Shown one piece after another: positions 22,220 to 33,284 of a DNA stretch of 64,000 bases; within the stretch, counting starts at the first letter, position 1; each line of letters starts with the position of its first letter. Source of the stretch: Candidatus Poriferihabitaceae bacterium (lineage in GTDB: Bacteria > Pseudomonadota > Gammaproteobacteria > Arenicellales > Poriferihabitantaceae); the NCBI GenBank assembly GCA_965237485.1, contig CBDEFQ010000005.1:430-64429 (forward strand), written 5' to 3'. A program made the translations under genes and the position numbers. Under the pieces are notes generated by a model. The model searched no databases and was not told the DNA's origin. It saw nothing but the letters and a program-made list of their open reading frames with translations.

Positions 22220-23021
22220 CAAAGCGCACTACGCCATTAGTAGCGCAATAGTCATGGACTTTCTTGATGTAAATATATTCGCTTGAGTGAGAGCCGTATT
22301 GACGTTTTATCTTTGGAAATCCATGTAACGATATCTCATTCGCTTTATCATAAATGGTTGGATATATAAGCTTGGCTTTATTAAGTTTGCTACGCCAATC
22401 AACGGAACAGCCATTCGAATGCAAATGAGGTATTGAGTTACGATACTTCTGAGTGGATAAACCCTTAATGTAAGCAGATTGATTGCCCTTCCCTGCCATC
22501 CTGTTGGTCGTTAAATGAACCTCTTGAATGATAGCGCCATCTGAAACTTTATGAGACTTCTTGCCGTCTTTACTTTGGCGATACCAAACCTTAGTGGCCT
22601 TAGTGAAAACTGGCAATCCTTTCTCAGAAAGTATGGAATTAAAAACGGATACACACTGATCTAAATTAGTATATCCAAATAGATTATCGAGTCGATTAAT
22701 TCTAGATGGATTGCCATCAACTTCAATCCTTCCTGACCTGACTCGTATTCCTAATGAGGTGCTATGAGAGCCTTCATATCTAAGATAATGACTGCGCTCT
22801 TGCGTTTCATCAGTGATTCTTCCTGTTTCCATATCAACTTTGACATAACACTCACGATACTCATTAGGTATCTGATCAAAATCAAAGTCCTGAGAAACCT
22901 TTAGCCCATCGATAAACATATCAAAAGCTATCGATAAACAAAGTGACCGTATCGAGAGAAATCACTCTCGAATAGATATATGCATTGATTGCTGTCAAGA
23001 CCACCATATGCTGAATTTAAC

Positions 23022-23035
23022 ACCCTTATAAGGGT
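23022..23035. promoter_or_regulatory. Putative repressor operator (perfect palindrome; also at 27911-27924)
   Basis: ACCCTTATAAGGGT between divergent rep and XRE genes; degenerate copies near 23053-23087. Confidence 0.5.
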
Positions 23036-23146
23036 AATTACAACAGAGAGTGGAGTTATAGGGTGTAATATTTGCCCCTATAAGAGTATTAAATTGTGTA
23101 TATTGAGAAAATACACTCCTTGTTAACCACTAATTACCTTCTAATA

Positions 23147-23629
23147 ATGGAAATCGGTCAAAGAATAAAAGCGATTAGAATTAAAAAAAGATTCACAGCA
23201 AAACAATTGTCTGAGCTAAGTAAAATACCTGAAAAGAGTATCTATAAAATTGAAGCAGGAGGAGTTAAAGACCCACGCATATCTAGCGTGGCAGCAATTG
23301 CAAAAGGACTAGATTGCGGGATTGACGAACTACTAAATGACCAAAAAGGAAACGATATATTGCACCAAGCGATCGAGTTCATTCACGAATACGATGCCGA
23401 AAATGAAATAGAAAAAAACTATGCAATTTACCTACTAGAAAAGTATCGAAGCAAAGAAGAATATTACCAATCAATGGCAGATCAAGACTTAGACCCAGAT
23501 GTGGCTGATGACTTAATGTTGCTAAGTAAGCTTGAAGATAAGCCACATAAAACATACGACGATTACATGCACATAAAACAAATAAAAAGTACGCTAAATA
23601 TCACGGTAGTAAACAAGGAAGAAAGTTAA
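23147..23629 (+). CDS. XRE/Cro-C1 HTH repressor, divergent from rep (RstR-like position)
   Basis: IGQRIKAIRIKKRFTAKQLSELSKIPEKSIYKIEAGGVKDPRISSVAAIAKGL. Confidence 0.85.
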   Translation: MEIGQRIKAIRIKKRFTAKQLSELSKIPEKSIYKIEAGGVKDPRISSVAAIAKGLDCGIDELLNDQKGNDILHQAIEFIHEYDAENEIEKNYAIYLLEKYRSKEEYYQSMADQDLDPDVADDLMLLSKLEDKPHKTYDDYMHIKQIKSTLNITVVNKEES

Positions 23630-23982
23630 TAAAAACCGTTGAGGTCCACGGTAAAGTGGGAGTGTCACCAAAATAGCTCAATGTCGGCATTTCCAGCAGA
23701 CCGCCAGAAAATAAACGATAAATCGATCTAGATAAATGGTATTACTGAGATTAGCAAGCCGTAAATCCGCGCCTCGATGCTAGAAATACCTGTTTAAGTT
23801 CATTCAAAAAGGAATAGCCGAGTTTCTGCGGATAACAAAAAATAGCCAGCAAAAAAGGATATAAGAGGGCCCTTTAACGACAAGACAAATTTAGGCTTGT
23901 CAAGATCACAACAAGCAACTAACAGAAACTAACTTTATTTATTTAAAAGTTACAGTTAGTAAGCGTAGATCCCCCACGACCG

Positions 23983-25376
23983 GAGTTATGCCTGAAAGTG
24001 GTGTATGGAGTAGTTGACTAAAAGCGGCGTATCGGGATGAGTTGAGTTTACAACAACTTAAACTTCCACAGACATACGCCACTATGAAACAGAATAAAAT
24101 TATTTCCTTTGAAAAGCCAGAGCAAAGCATCGATCCGCTGCAAGAATTGATTCGCAATGGCGCCAGGCAACTCATTCAAACCGCGGTCGAGAGTGAGTTA
24201 TCTGAACTGCTGTATCGCAATTGTGACAAAGTCTCAGATTCAGGACACGCTGGTGTCGTTCGTAACGGCTATTTGCCAGAACGTGAACTGCAAACCGGGA
24301 TCGGCCCAGTCAAAGTACGTATCCCCAAGGTGCGCTCCCGCACTGGAGTACCGATCACCTTTCGGTCTGCTTTAGTGCCGCCGTATGTGCGTAAAACGAG
24401 AACACTGGAAGCGGCCTTGCCTTGGCTGTATCTCAAGGGTGTCAGCACTGGAGAAATGGGGGATGCACTGAGCGTGCTAGTGGGTCAATCAGCGACTGGG
24501 TTATCATCAAGCACAGTGAGTAAGCTCAAAGCAACGTGGTCTCAGGAGTACAAGGATTGGAATAGAGAAGGTTTAGATCGAGATCGATGGGTTTATCTAT
24601 GGGCGGACGGGATACACAGCGGCCTGCGCGGCGATGAGGGCCGACTCTGTGCCTTAGTTGTCATCGGAGTGAATGAGCGCGGTCACAAGAAATTACTGGC
24701 GATTGAAGACGGTGAGCGAGAGTCTACGCAGAGTTGGCGAGAGGTGTTGTTGGCACTCAAGGAGCGAGGCCTGAATCAACCAGAGCTGGGCATCGGTGAT
24801 GGTGCTTTAGGCTTTTGGAATGCCCTGGAAGAAGTCTATCCTGGCACTAAACATCAACGGTGTTGGGTGCATAAAACGGCCAACGTGCTGAACAAGCTGC
24901 CTAAATCGGTGCAGCCCAAAGCAAAAGCAGCTCTGCATAACATTTGGCAGGAAGAAACCAAAGAAGCGGCGCAAAGCGCCTATCAATTATTCATTAAAAC
25001 CTGTCAAGACAAGTATCCAAAAGCCACGCAGTGCTTGGAAAAAGATCGCGAAGAGTTAATGACGTTCTACTCGTTCCCTGCCAAGCACTGGATGAGCATA
25101 CGTACTACGAATCCAATTGAATCAACATTCGCGACTATCCGACACCGTACCAAACGATGCAAGGGATGTCTTAGCCGTGATGGCATGTTAAGTATGATGT
25201 TCAAGCTGGGTCAGTGCGCAGAGAAAAAGTGGAACCGAATACGCGGGTTCGCCTATCTAGCAAAAGTGATTCAAGGGGTTCCATTTAAAGATGGAATAGA
25301 GCAAACTAATGACTACTCAGATCAAACCGAGGCCGCTTGAAGAAAATGCCTCATACACCAGATTCGGGCATAACTC
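23983..25376 (+). mobile_element. IS256-family element, copy 2 (transposase 24084-25340)
   Basis: Same IRs and same DR CCACGACCG as copy 1. Confidence 0.92.
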
Positions 25377-25406
25377 CCACGACCGCGAATGAGCGACTTA
25401 TTCAAA

Positions 25407-25643
25407 TTACCCTATATTCGATTTAGTTAATAATTCGACATGATTATCCATATCTGCCCTGGTTAATTTTCCCTTCGTTAACAAATGTTGATAAGTTTCC
25501 ATATCTTCATCAATGATCTCAGTACCCAAAGATGCAATATTAAATATCAAGTCTGATCTGCTCCAATTGCAAGCCCTTCTAAACCGTTCTACAGCCTGAT
25601 AGTAAATTCGATCTGGTTCTGTGATATAAACTTTCTTAACCAT
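25407..25643 (-). CDS. Putative ribbon-helix-helix protein (satellite copy 2)
   Basis: Identical to 15984-16220. Confidence 0.5.
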   Translation of the reverse strand: MVKKVYITEPDRIYYQAVERFRRACNWSRSDLIFNIASLGTEIIDEDMETYQHLLTKGKLTRADMDNHVELLTKSNIG

Positions 25644-25714
25644 GATTTAACCCTCATATGGTTGGTTGTGGTTAGCACTTGAAGGTAATGTCAATTACCG
25701 ACAAGTGCGATTAA

Positions 25715-26041
25715 TTAAAACTTATAGTCGCGCCAAAATGGATAGATTTTATGACCTTCATAGAATAATGGATTTTGGTCATGCTCGAAGATCATGTAAT
25801 ACATATCAAAACGAACTTCAGCTGCTTGGTTCAGCTGTTGATTGAAGATAAAGTACATCTCATTCCACATATTTAAGCGTATATCATCGCTATGATTAAG
25901 CTGTAATTCACGCCAATAAGACATGAAATGTTCCGTTATATATTGCATATAAAGAATGGCACAGCGGCCATGTTTACAGCGCGCGTTTTGCTCAATCTTT
26001 TCAAGCGGAAGAATATATTTAACAAGCCTAGGATGAGCCAT
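25715..26041 (-). CDS. Hypothetical protein (108 aa, satellite copy 2)
   Basis: Identical to 16292-16618. Confidence 0.6.
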   Translation of the reverse strand: MAHPRLVKYILPLEKIEQNARCKHGRCAILYMQYITEHFMSYWRELQLNHSDDIRLNMWNEMYFIFNQQLNQAAEVRFDMYYMIFEHDQNPLFYEGHKIYPFWRDYKF

Positions 26042-26046
26042 ATTCC

Positions 26047-26385
26047 TTAATCTATAGGCGATATTCTTGCATCTTTTGGCATAAAGCAACTTAAAAAAGC
26101 ACCATTACGGCCACCTGCCCTAGCCCTAAATACGACAGGAACTTTAACTAATTTTCCGTCTAAGTCATTGATGCTATTTTTAATGTAATCGACATCTTGT
26201 GATTGAATATCAACCAGCTGTACATTGGACCCAACTTGCCCAAAGCTTGTCTCATATTCACTAGTCTTAATGCCAATTCGGCGGTTATATTTGGTTGCAT
26301 CATTTGCCCAGGCCTTTTCCTCGTAGCCAAGAAAGTGGCCAACAACATAAGTACCTGAAAGTAAATTTGTTTGAGGTTTAGTCAT
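26047..26385 (-). CDS. Putative single-stranded DNA-binding protein (inovirus gpV/RstB-like)
   Basis: 112 aa, beta-rich, ends LDGKLVKVPVVFRA; lies downstream of rep as gpV/RstB does. Confidence 0.6.
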   Translation of the reverse strand: MTKPQTNLLSGTYVVGHFLGYEEKAWANDATKYNRRIGIKTSEYETSFGQVGSNVQLVDIQSQDVDYIKNSINDLDGKLVKVPVVFRARAGGRNGAFLSCFMPKDARISPID

Positions 26386-26400
26386 GAGTTATTTCCGTTG

Positions 26401-26673
26401 TTAATTTTTTGAGAGCCCGGTCGCATGTTTTGCAGTGAGAGAAGTTATAGATGGTTGAAAGCTGACTTCTTCGGGATCGATTAAATCTTTCGTAATAAAT
26501 AAACGATTACATAAGCTAGGAGAGAAGTCGGACTGTTGAATAATGTAATGGAGGGTTTTCGATGAGAAAGAACTAAGCCATGAAGCCTCATCTACATGAG
26601 ACTCAAACATAAGCTTAATGTAATCTTTTTTGGAGATAGACAGTCCATCTGCACTTATTAGAATTTCTGACAT
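26401..26673 (-). CDS. Hypothetical protein (90 aa, satellite copy 2)
   Basis: Operon position between rep and ssb. Confidence 0.55.
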   Translation of the reverse strand: MSEILISADGLSISKKDYIKLMFESHVDEASWLSSFSSKTLHYIIQQSDFSPSLCNRLFITKDLIDPEEVSFQPSITSLTAKHATGLSKN

Positions 26674-26674
26674 A

Positions 26675-27808
26675 TCAAGCCGCCAATCTAAGCTTAGTAA
26701 CTGGCTGCTGATACCAATGAGGAACTGGCAAATCAGATATAGTTATCTTCCTGATTTCTTTAACAGTAACAGGACTAAAGCGAGATATATCACATGGTAA
26801 TCCAATATCAATTCCTATCTTCCTTAATCTGGCTCTGTGTGTTTGCACCTGCTTCTTAGATAAATCCATATTAACCCCATGCATCCACTGAATGGCGTAC
26901 ATAGCAGTGCAATTGGCGGATAGTGTGCTTCTGCAAATGTTGTTATTAATCAATTGCTCAGATATGTTTTCTAGCTTCATAGCGTTCACCTTTAAACGTT
27001 GGTCAATGTGTAAAAACTCTTTATGTAATGTCTCCAATTGAGAGAAATCTATTAATCCGTAAAAGGATAAATTATGGCGCCTCAGATACTCTGATTTAAC
27101 TTTCTGCTCAAAGCGCACTACGCCATTAGTAGCGCAATAGTCATGGACTTTCTTGATGTAAATATATTCGCTTGAGTGAGAGCCGTATTGACGTTTTATC
27201 TTTGGAAATCCATGTAACGATATCTCATTCGCTTTATCATAAATGGTTGGATATATAAGCTTGGCTTTATTAAGTTTGCTACGCCAATCAACGGAACAGC
27301 CATTCGAATGCAAATGAGGTATTGAGTTACGATACTTCTGAGTGGATAAACCCTTAATGTAAGCAGATTGATTGCCCTTCCCTGCCATCCTGTTGGTCGT
27401 TAAATGAACCTCTTGAATGATAGCGCCATCTGAAACTTTATGAGACTTCTTGCCGTCTTTACTTTGGCGATACCAAACCTTAGTGGCCTTAGTGAAAACT
27501 GGCAATCCTTTCTCAGAAAGTATGGAATTAAAAACGGATACACACTGATCTAAATTAGTATATCCAAATAGATTATCGAGTCGATTAATTCTAGATGGAT
27601 TGCCATCAACTTCAATCCTTCCTGACCTGACTCGTATTCCTAATGAGGTGCTATGAGAGCCTTCATATCTAAGATAATGACTGCGCTCTTGCGTTTCATC
27701 AGTGATTCTTCCTGTTTCCATATCAACTTTGACATAACACTCACGATACTCATTAGGTATCTGATCAAAATCAAAGTCCTGAGAAACCTTTAGCCCATCG
27801 ATAAACAT
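26675..27808 (-). CDS. Phage/plasmid rolling-circle replication protein, gene II/X family
   Basis: MFIDGL, EGSHSTS, DGNPSRINRLDNLFG, YDKANE, GVVRFEQK and HRARLRKIGIDI are characteristic of Phage_CRI/Phage_X Reps. Confidence 0.85.
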   Translation of the reverse strand: MFIDGLKVSQDFDFDQIPNEYRECYVKVDMETGRITDETQERSHYLRYEGSHSTSLGIRVRSGRIEVDGNPSRINRLDNLFGYTNLDQCVSVFNSILSEKGLPVFTKATKVWYRQSKDGKKSHKVSDGAIIQEVHLTTNRMAGKGNQSAYIKGLSTQKYRNSIPHLHSNGCSVDWRSKLNKAKLIYPTIYDKANEISLHGFPKIKRQYGSHSSEYIYIKKVHDYCATNGVVRFEQKVKSEYLRRHNLSFYGLIDFSQLETLHKEFLHIDQRLKVNAMKLENISEQLINNNICRSTLSANCTAMYAIQWMHGVNMDLSKKQVQTHRARLRKIGIDIGLPCDISRFSPVTVKEIRKITISDLPVPHWYQQPVTKLRLAA

Positions 27809-28216
27809 ATCAAAAGCTATCGATAAACAAAGTGACCGTATCGAGAGAAATCACTCTCGAATAGATATATGCATTGATTGCTGTCAAGACCACCATATGC
27901 TGAATTTAACACCCTTATAAGGGTAATTACAACAGAGAGTAAGCGTGCGTCTTCCTTCGTCGCCGCCCGCGTCCTCGCCCTGCTTCTCCACAAAAGTTTG
28001 TCTTTTTGGAATCAAAAAGGCAAAGGAAAATGAATATAATGAATTAATCTAAAATTCTCATATTACATATCAAAGTCTCATATATGAGACAAAGGTGCAG
28101 TAATACTTGTACCGCACACTGTACTTTGACTAATTTAGCTTATTGTCAAGAAATGGATGTATACAGCTAATAATCATAAAAATGTAACTGAAGGGCATTG
28201 ACTGCAAAGCCGTCAA

Positions 28217-28326
28217 GCACCGCATAATGTGTCCTATGTGAAGCTAAAGCCACTCCGAGCGGAGCATCGTTTAAATAGCTTAGCACCGCTCTCCGTTCGT
28301 CACATAAGAGCGTCATTATGCGCATA
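28217..28326. other. Inverted pair of dif-like sites (CTX-type attP/attR hairpin)
   Basis: Plus GCACCGCATAA-TGTGTC-CTATGTGAAGC (28217-28244) and minus TATGCGCATAA-TGACGCTC-TTATGTGACGA (28297-28326), with an internal GAGCGG/CCGCTC stem. Confidence 0.75.
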
Positions 28327-28610
28327 TCAATATGTAATTACTCGATCGAGTGGTTTTAGATCTAAATGCTGGCATTTGATAAATGTAAATTCCCCGGGAA
28401 GTTAAACGGTAAATCGATTTAGATAAATGGTCGTCCTGAGATTAGCAAGCCGTGGATCGACGCGTTGATGCTTGGCAATACCTGTTTTAGAATGTTGAAG
28501 ATCTTGAACTACTTTATTTGCGTACGACCCAAAAGATAGTCTGCAAAAGGAAGGTTTTATTGTTGAATAAGTCCGCAACCCTCGCGCATGCGCAAGGAAC
28601 GTGGACTTAT

Positions 28611-28952
28611 TCAACAATAGGCTTGATACAATTCGCCTAAATATTCAAACTTAAGATAACAGCCAGTATTTTCTAATATGATAGCTTCCTGCTTCAACTG
28701 TGAATAAGTCAATGAGCCTAAGCCAGCGCCTTGAATAAAAGCCTCTGTAAGAACATCACCAGAGTAGATCGTGCCAGTAATAGTTAAATCATTACGTATA
28801 TGACGCATACCAATGTAATCAATACCTTCCTCATCATATAAGCCGTAACCAACCTGCTTCATATATGACTTGATGAATTCTCGAACATCCTTGCCCTTAG
28901 TTATATAAAACGTAAACCTCCTTTCATCAGAAATTACATTCGGGTGAAGCAT
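28611..28952 (-). CDS. Hypothetical protein in remnant of a second, diverged dif-associated element
   Basis: 113-aa ATG ORF, AT-rich; adjacent non-coding DNA resembles the satellite left end. Confidence 0.55.
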   Translation of the reverse strand: MLHPNVISDERRFTFYITKGKDVREFIKSYMKQVGYGLYDEEGIDYIGMRHIRNDLTITGTIYSGDVLTEAFIQGAGLGSLTYSQLKQEAIILENTGCYLKFEYLGELYQAYC

Positions 28953-28974
28953 GTACGACTTTTCTAATATTTGC

Positions 28975-30005
28975 GAGTTATGCCTGAAAGTGGTGTATGG
29001 AGTAGTTGACTAAAAGCGGCGTATCGGGATGAGTTGAGTTTACAACAACTTAAACTTCCACAGACATACGCCACTATGAAACAGAATAAAATTATTTCCT
29101 TTGAAAAGCCAGAGCAAAGCATCGATCCGCTGCAAGAATTGATTCGCAATGGCGCCAGGCAACTCATTCAAACCGCGGTCGAGAGTGAGTTATCTGAACG
29201 GCTGTATCGCAATTGTGACAAAGTCTCAGATTCAGGACACGCTGGTGTCGTTCGTAACGGCTATTTGCCAGAACGTGAACTGCAAACCGGGATCGGCCCA
29301 GTCAAAGTACGTATCCCCAAGGTGCGCTCCCGCACTGGAGTACCGATCACCTTTCGGTCTGCTTTAGTGCCGCCGTATGTGCGTAAAACGAGAACACTGG
29401 AAGCGGCCTTGCCTTGGCTGTATCTCAAGGGTGTCAGCACTGGAGAAATGGGGGATGCACTGAGCGTGCTAGTGGGTCAATCAGCGACTGGGTTATCATC
29501 AAGCACAGTGAGTAAGCTCAAAGCAACGTGGTCTCAGGAGTACAAGGATTGGAATAGAGAAGGTTTAGATCGAGATCGATGGGTTTATCTATGGGCGGAC
29601 GGGATACACAGCGGCCTGCGCGGCGATGAGGGCCGGCTCTGTGCCTTAGTTGTCATCGGAGTGAATGAGCGCGGTCACAAGAAATTACTGGCGATTGAAG
29701 ACGGTGAGCGAGAGTCTACGCAGAGTTGGCGAGAGGTGTTGTTGGCACTCAAGGAGCGAGGCCTGAATCAACCAGAGCTGGGCATCGGTGATGGTGCTTT
29801 AGGCTTTTGGAATGCCCTGGAAGAAGTCTATCCTGGCACTAAACATCAACGGTGTTGGGTGCATAAAACGGCCAACGTGCTGAACAAGCTGCCTAAATCG
29901 GTGCAGCCCAAAGCAAAAGCAGCTCTGCATAACATTTGGCAGGAAGAAACCAAAGAAGCGGCGCAAAGCGCCTATCAATTATTCATTAAAACCTATCAAG
30001 ACAAG
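28975..30005 (+). mobile_element. IS256-family element, copy 3, 3'-truncated
   Basis: Left IR present; sequence stops at the IS3 type B end at 30006. Confidence 0.9.
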
Positions 30006-31272
30006 AGAAGTGGACCCGCTTTTTAGGACAGATGGCTTAGGAGTTATTTTCAGCTGATTAAGCAGCCAATTTCAGGTCGCGACATGGATCATACATCATG
30101 TCAGGGACCATGCCCAATGTTTGATGTTTACGCTCTTGGTTGTAATAGTTTATCCAGGAGCCAATGCCGTCTTTTGCCTCTTTCATCGATTGGTAGGCTT
30201 GCAAATAGACTTCCTCATATTTCACGCTGCGCCATAAGCACTCAACAAATACATTGTCACGCCAAGCACCTTTGCCATCCATGCTGATGCGAATACCATT
30301 GTCTTTGAGTACACCGGTAAACGCCTCACTGGTAAATTGCGCACCTTGATCGCTGTTAAAGATATCAGGCTTGCCGTAGTAATGCAGTGCCTCTTCCAAA
30401 GCATCTACGCAGAATGCGCTATCCATGCTGTTGCTAAGCCGCCATGACAGCACTTTACGAGAATACCAATCCATCACAACGGTAAGATAAGCAAAGCCCT
30501 TAGGCATCGGGATATAAGTTATATCGGTACACCAAGCTTGATTGGGTTGATTGATGGCCAACCCACCTAGCAGATAAGGATAAATCTTGTGCCCCGCCTT
30601 CTTCTTGCTGGTGTTAGGCCTAGGATAGATGGCTTTAATGCCCATCTTACGCATTAAGCGTCGCACATGCTTACGGTCAACTCGGTGGCCTACATCTTGC
30701 AACACATCACGAATGCGTCTACTGCCAAGAAAGGGCCGATTGAGGTGAATGCGATCAATCAGATGCATCAGTTCCAAGTCATCCTCATTAGCAGGTGAGG
30801 TTTTGTAATAAACATGGGAACGATGAATCTTCAACAATTTACACTGACGAACTAACGATAGTTTATTGCTTTTATTAATCATAGTTTTGCGCTCAGGTCT
30901 GTTTAACGACCGAGCGCTTTTGATAAAAAATCGTTTTCCATGGTGATTTCACTGATCTTTGCCTGTAATGATTTAATCTCTGATTCTCGGTTTGGAGATA
31001 AGCCTGTGCCTGATGCAAAGACTTCAGCTGAGCTATCGAGCAATTGTTTCTTCCACTTGACGATAAGATTTGCATTGATGTCATAACGACTAGCAAGATT
31101 GCTTAATGTTTCATCACCTTTGATTGCTGCAAGAGCAACTTTGGCTTTGAATTGTGGGGCATGGTTTCTACGCTTTTTACTCATTTTCTGTTCCTCGTTT
31201 TGAACAATTATAAAACAGAAAATAACTCCTTATTTTGGCCTTCAACCTGTCCTAATCATGGGGTCCACTTCA
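30006..31272 (-). mobile_element. IS3-family element type B, copy 2 (orfA 30903-31184, orfB 30058-30882)
   Basis: Near-identical to 19117-20383; flanks AAG/GTG differ (no DR). Confidence 0.92.
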
Positions 31273-31349
31273 GTGGGCACACCGCCTATTAGCTGTCCTC
31301 TCGGCAGCGAACGTGACCCGCTATGACCAGCTGTGCGCGGAGGTGAGCC

Positions 31350-33284
31350 ATGCTTGAACTTGTTGATGATCTTAAAGCCCTTAAACTACACGGTATGGCA
31401 CAATGCTTACCTGAGTTGATAGATTCGCCTCGTTCTAAAGTAACGTTGCAATCTGGGTTAATTAAATTGATGGATGCCGAGCGAACGGACCGAGAAGTGA
31501 GGCGGCTTAACTACCAAATGAAGGTGGCTAAATTCCCTCATCACCGTGATTTACAGCAATTTGACTTTACCCAGAGCGAAGTTGAACCCGCGCTCATCGA
31601 GGATTTGTCTCAGGCTGACTATATGGACAGAGCCCATAACCTCATCTTTGTCGGTGGCACTGGAACAGGCAAAACCCATTTAGCTACGGCCTTAGGCATT
31701 AAAGCCATTCATTCAGGTCATCGGGTTCGGTTTTACAATGTGGTGGACCTGGTTAATCTGCTGATCAAAGAACAGCAGGATGAGAAGCAGGGGCGGCTAG
31801 CACGAATTATGCAACCGTTAGATGCGGTGATATTCGATGAGCTGGGATATTTACCCTTCCCCGCATCGGGTGGCGCACTATTATTCCACCTGATCAGCAA
31901 GCTATACGAGGGGCTCGTCGGTTAATACAATTTCAAACAGGGTTTTCGCCGAAGTCGCTTTTAGTTTGCTCAGCAACGCGTTTTTTGTGCAATAAACCGT
32001 CTATTAGCAGCCATTTTGCCACCAATAGACGGATCTATCCCTAGGCCGGCACCAATTCAACTCGTTCAACTCCCAATGCCATTAATCGCTTAAGGTTAAA
32101 ACATAAGCCCCTGATTCCAACTTGGAACTGGACTTTAGCCAACCCTTTATAACGAACTCGCTTATTGCGATGAGCAAACACTCGCTCATAATGGTGAACG
32201 AATTTTGCTAATCCAACGGTCTTTGTCTCTATTCTTGCCATGCATATTGTTCTTCTTGATTGTTGCATCATGGCAACCGTTGCGCCTGAGCGTGGTTTTG
32301 GCCGGGCTCACGCAATAACCCTTGTCCGCATAAACAGCGCCCGACTTAGGGCAAACATGCTTCAAGCCGCTTGCATCCGTTACCTCAGCCGAGGTGGCCG
32401 CTATTTTATTGATCAAGCCACTTTGCATATCCACTGATGCATGCTCTTTGTAACCATACCAATATTTGCTATTTCCCTTGCACCCAAACCGTGCTTGCTT
32501 GTCCGCCGCAACTTTATCAACTGTCTTATTGTTGAACTCCTCTAATCCCATCTTTATCGCCTTATCTCTATCATCCCAAGTGGTTAGCTTACTGACCAAC
32601 TGGCTGGCATCGACAAATGTGAATACTTCTCGTACTAAGCCCATTGAAACTAACCCGCTCCGAACACGGTCAAATAAATTCATCATACCCCTGGTTCCAA
32701 TGCGTGAGCGAAAATCACCAAAGTAACTATGATCAGGAGTGCTCTGTTCCAGTCCTGAATCACAAAACCACTTAGCGGCCAGATTCTCTGATAAGTATCG
32801 CTCCATTTCTCTATCACTTAAATCTTCCATGAACTGAAGCACCAAGGCACGTAAGCCGAACTCAACACCTCGGCCTTTAGGGCCACGGGTGGCATATATT
32901 TTAGAGAAGGGTTTACTCAATGCACCAAAACATAATAGCTCATCGAGTTTACGGTAGGGATGTTCAGAGCTAACCAGAGAATCTAAGGTTAGGAACAGTT
33001 GGCTTTGATGACGTTTGCTCAAAATTGCAGGCTGACTAGAATTAGCCCATATTATCTCACGTATTCTATTAATTATCCGACAAGCCCACGAGAAAACCTC
33101 CATCGTGTTTACCACCAAGCTTAATTTCAGTGAATGGGTGCAGGTATTTGGCGACGAGAAAATGACCACGGCTTTGCTCGACAGAGTGACTCATCATTGC
33201 TCAATTATTGAAACGGGTAACGACTCATATCGATTCAAGCAGTCTAGCACTAAAGCAAAGCTCAAGACTGTCACTAAAAAATAA
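31350..33284 (+). pseudogene. istB: IstB ATPase interrupted by IS5
   Basis: GGTGTGKTHLA and IFDELGY motifs; continues EKTSIVFTT...[11 protein letters not shown] after 33087. Confidence 0.88.
31911..33087 (-). mobile_element. IS5-family element, copy 3 (transposase 32041-33022, +1 frameshift near 32190)
   Basis: Same IRs as copies 1 and 2; 5-bp DR ACGAG. Confidence 0.88.

Larger units (their letters stand above)
18884..22919 (-). pseudogene. Replication initiator interrupted by two IS3-family elements
   Basis: Fragments 22220-22919, 20384-20591 and 18884-19116 reassemble to intact 26675-27808. Confidence 0.9.
14243..28326 (-). mobile_element. dif-integrated inovirus-like satellite or rolling-circle element (IMEX), internally duplicated
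   Basis: dif at left and inverted dif-like pair at right; two copies of a rep-ORF90-ssb-ORF108-RHH module (14244-23051 and 23667-27940); no zot/pI or coat genes seen. Confidence 0.8.

Noticed and set aside
28402-28617. 71-aa ORF over the conserved block
   Set aside because: The frame is not conserved in the homologous satellite segments
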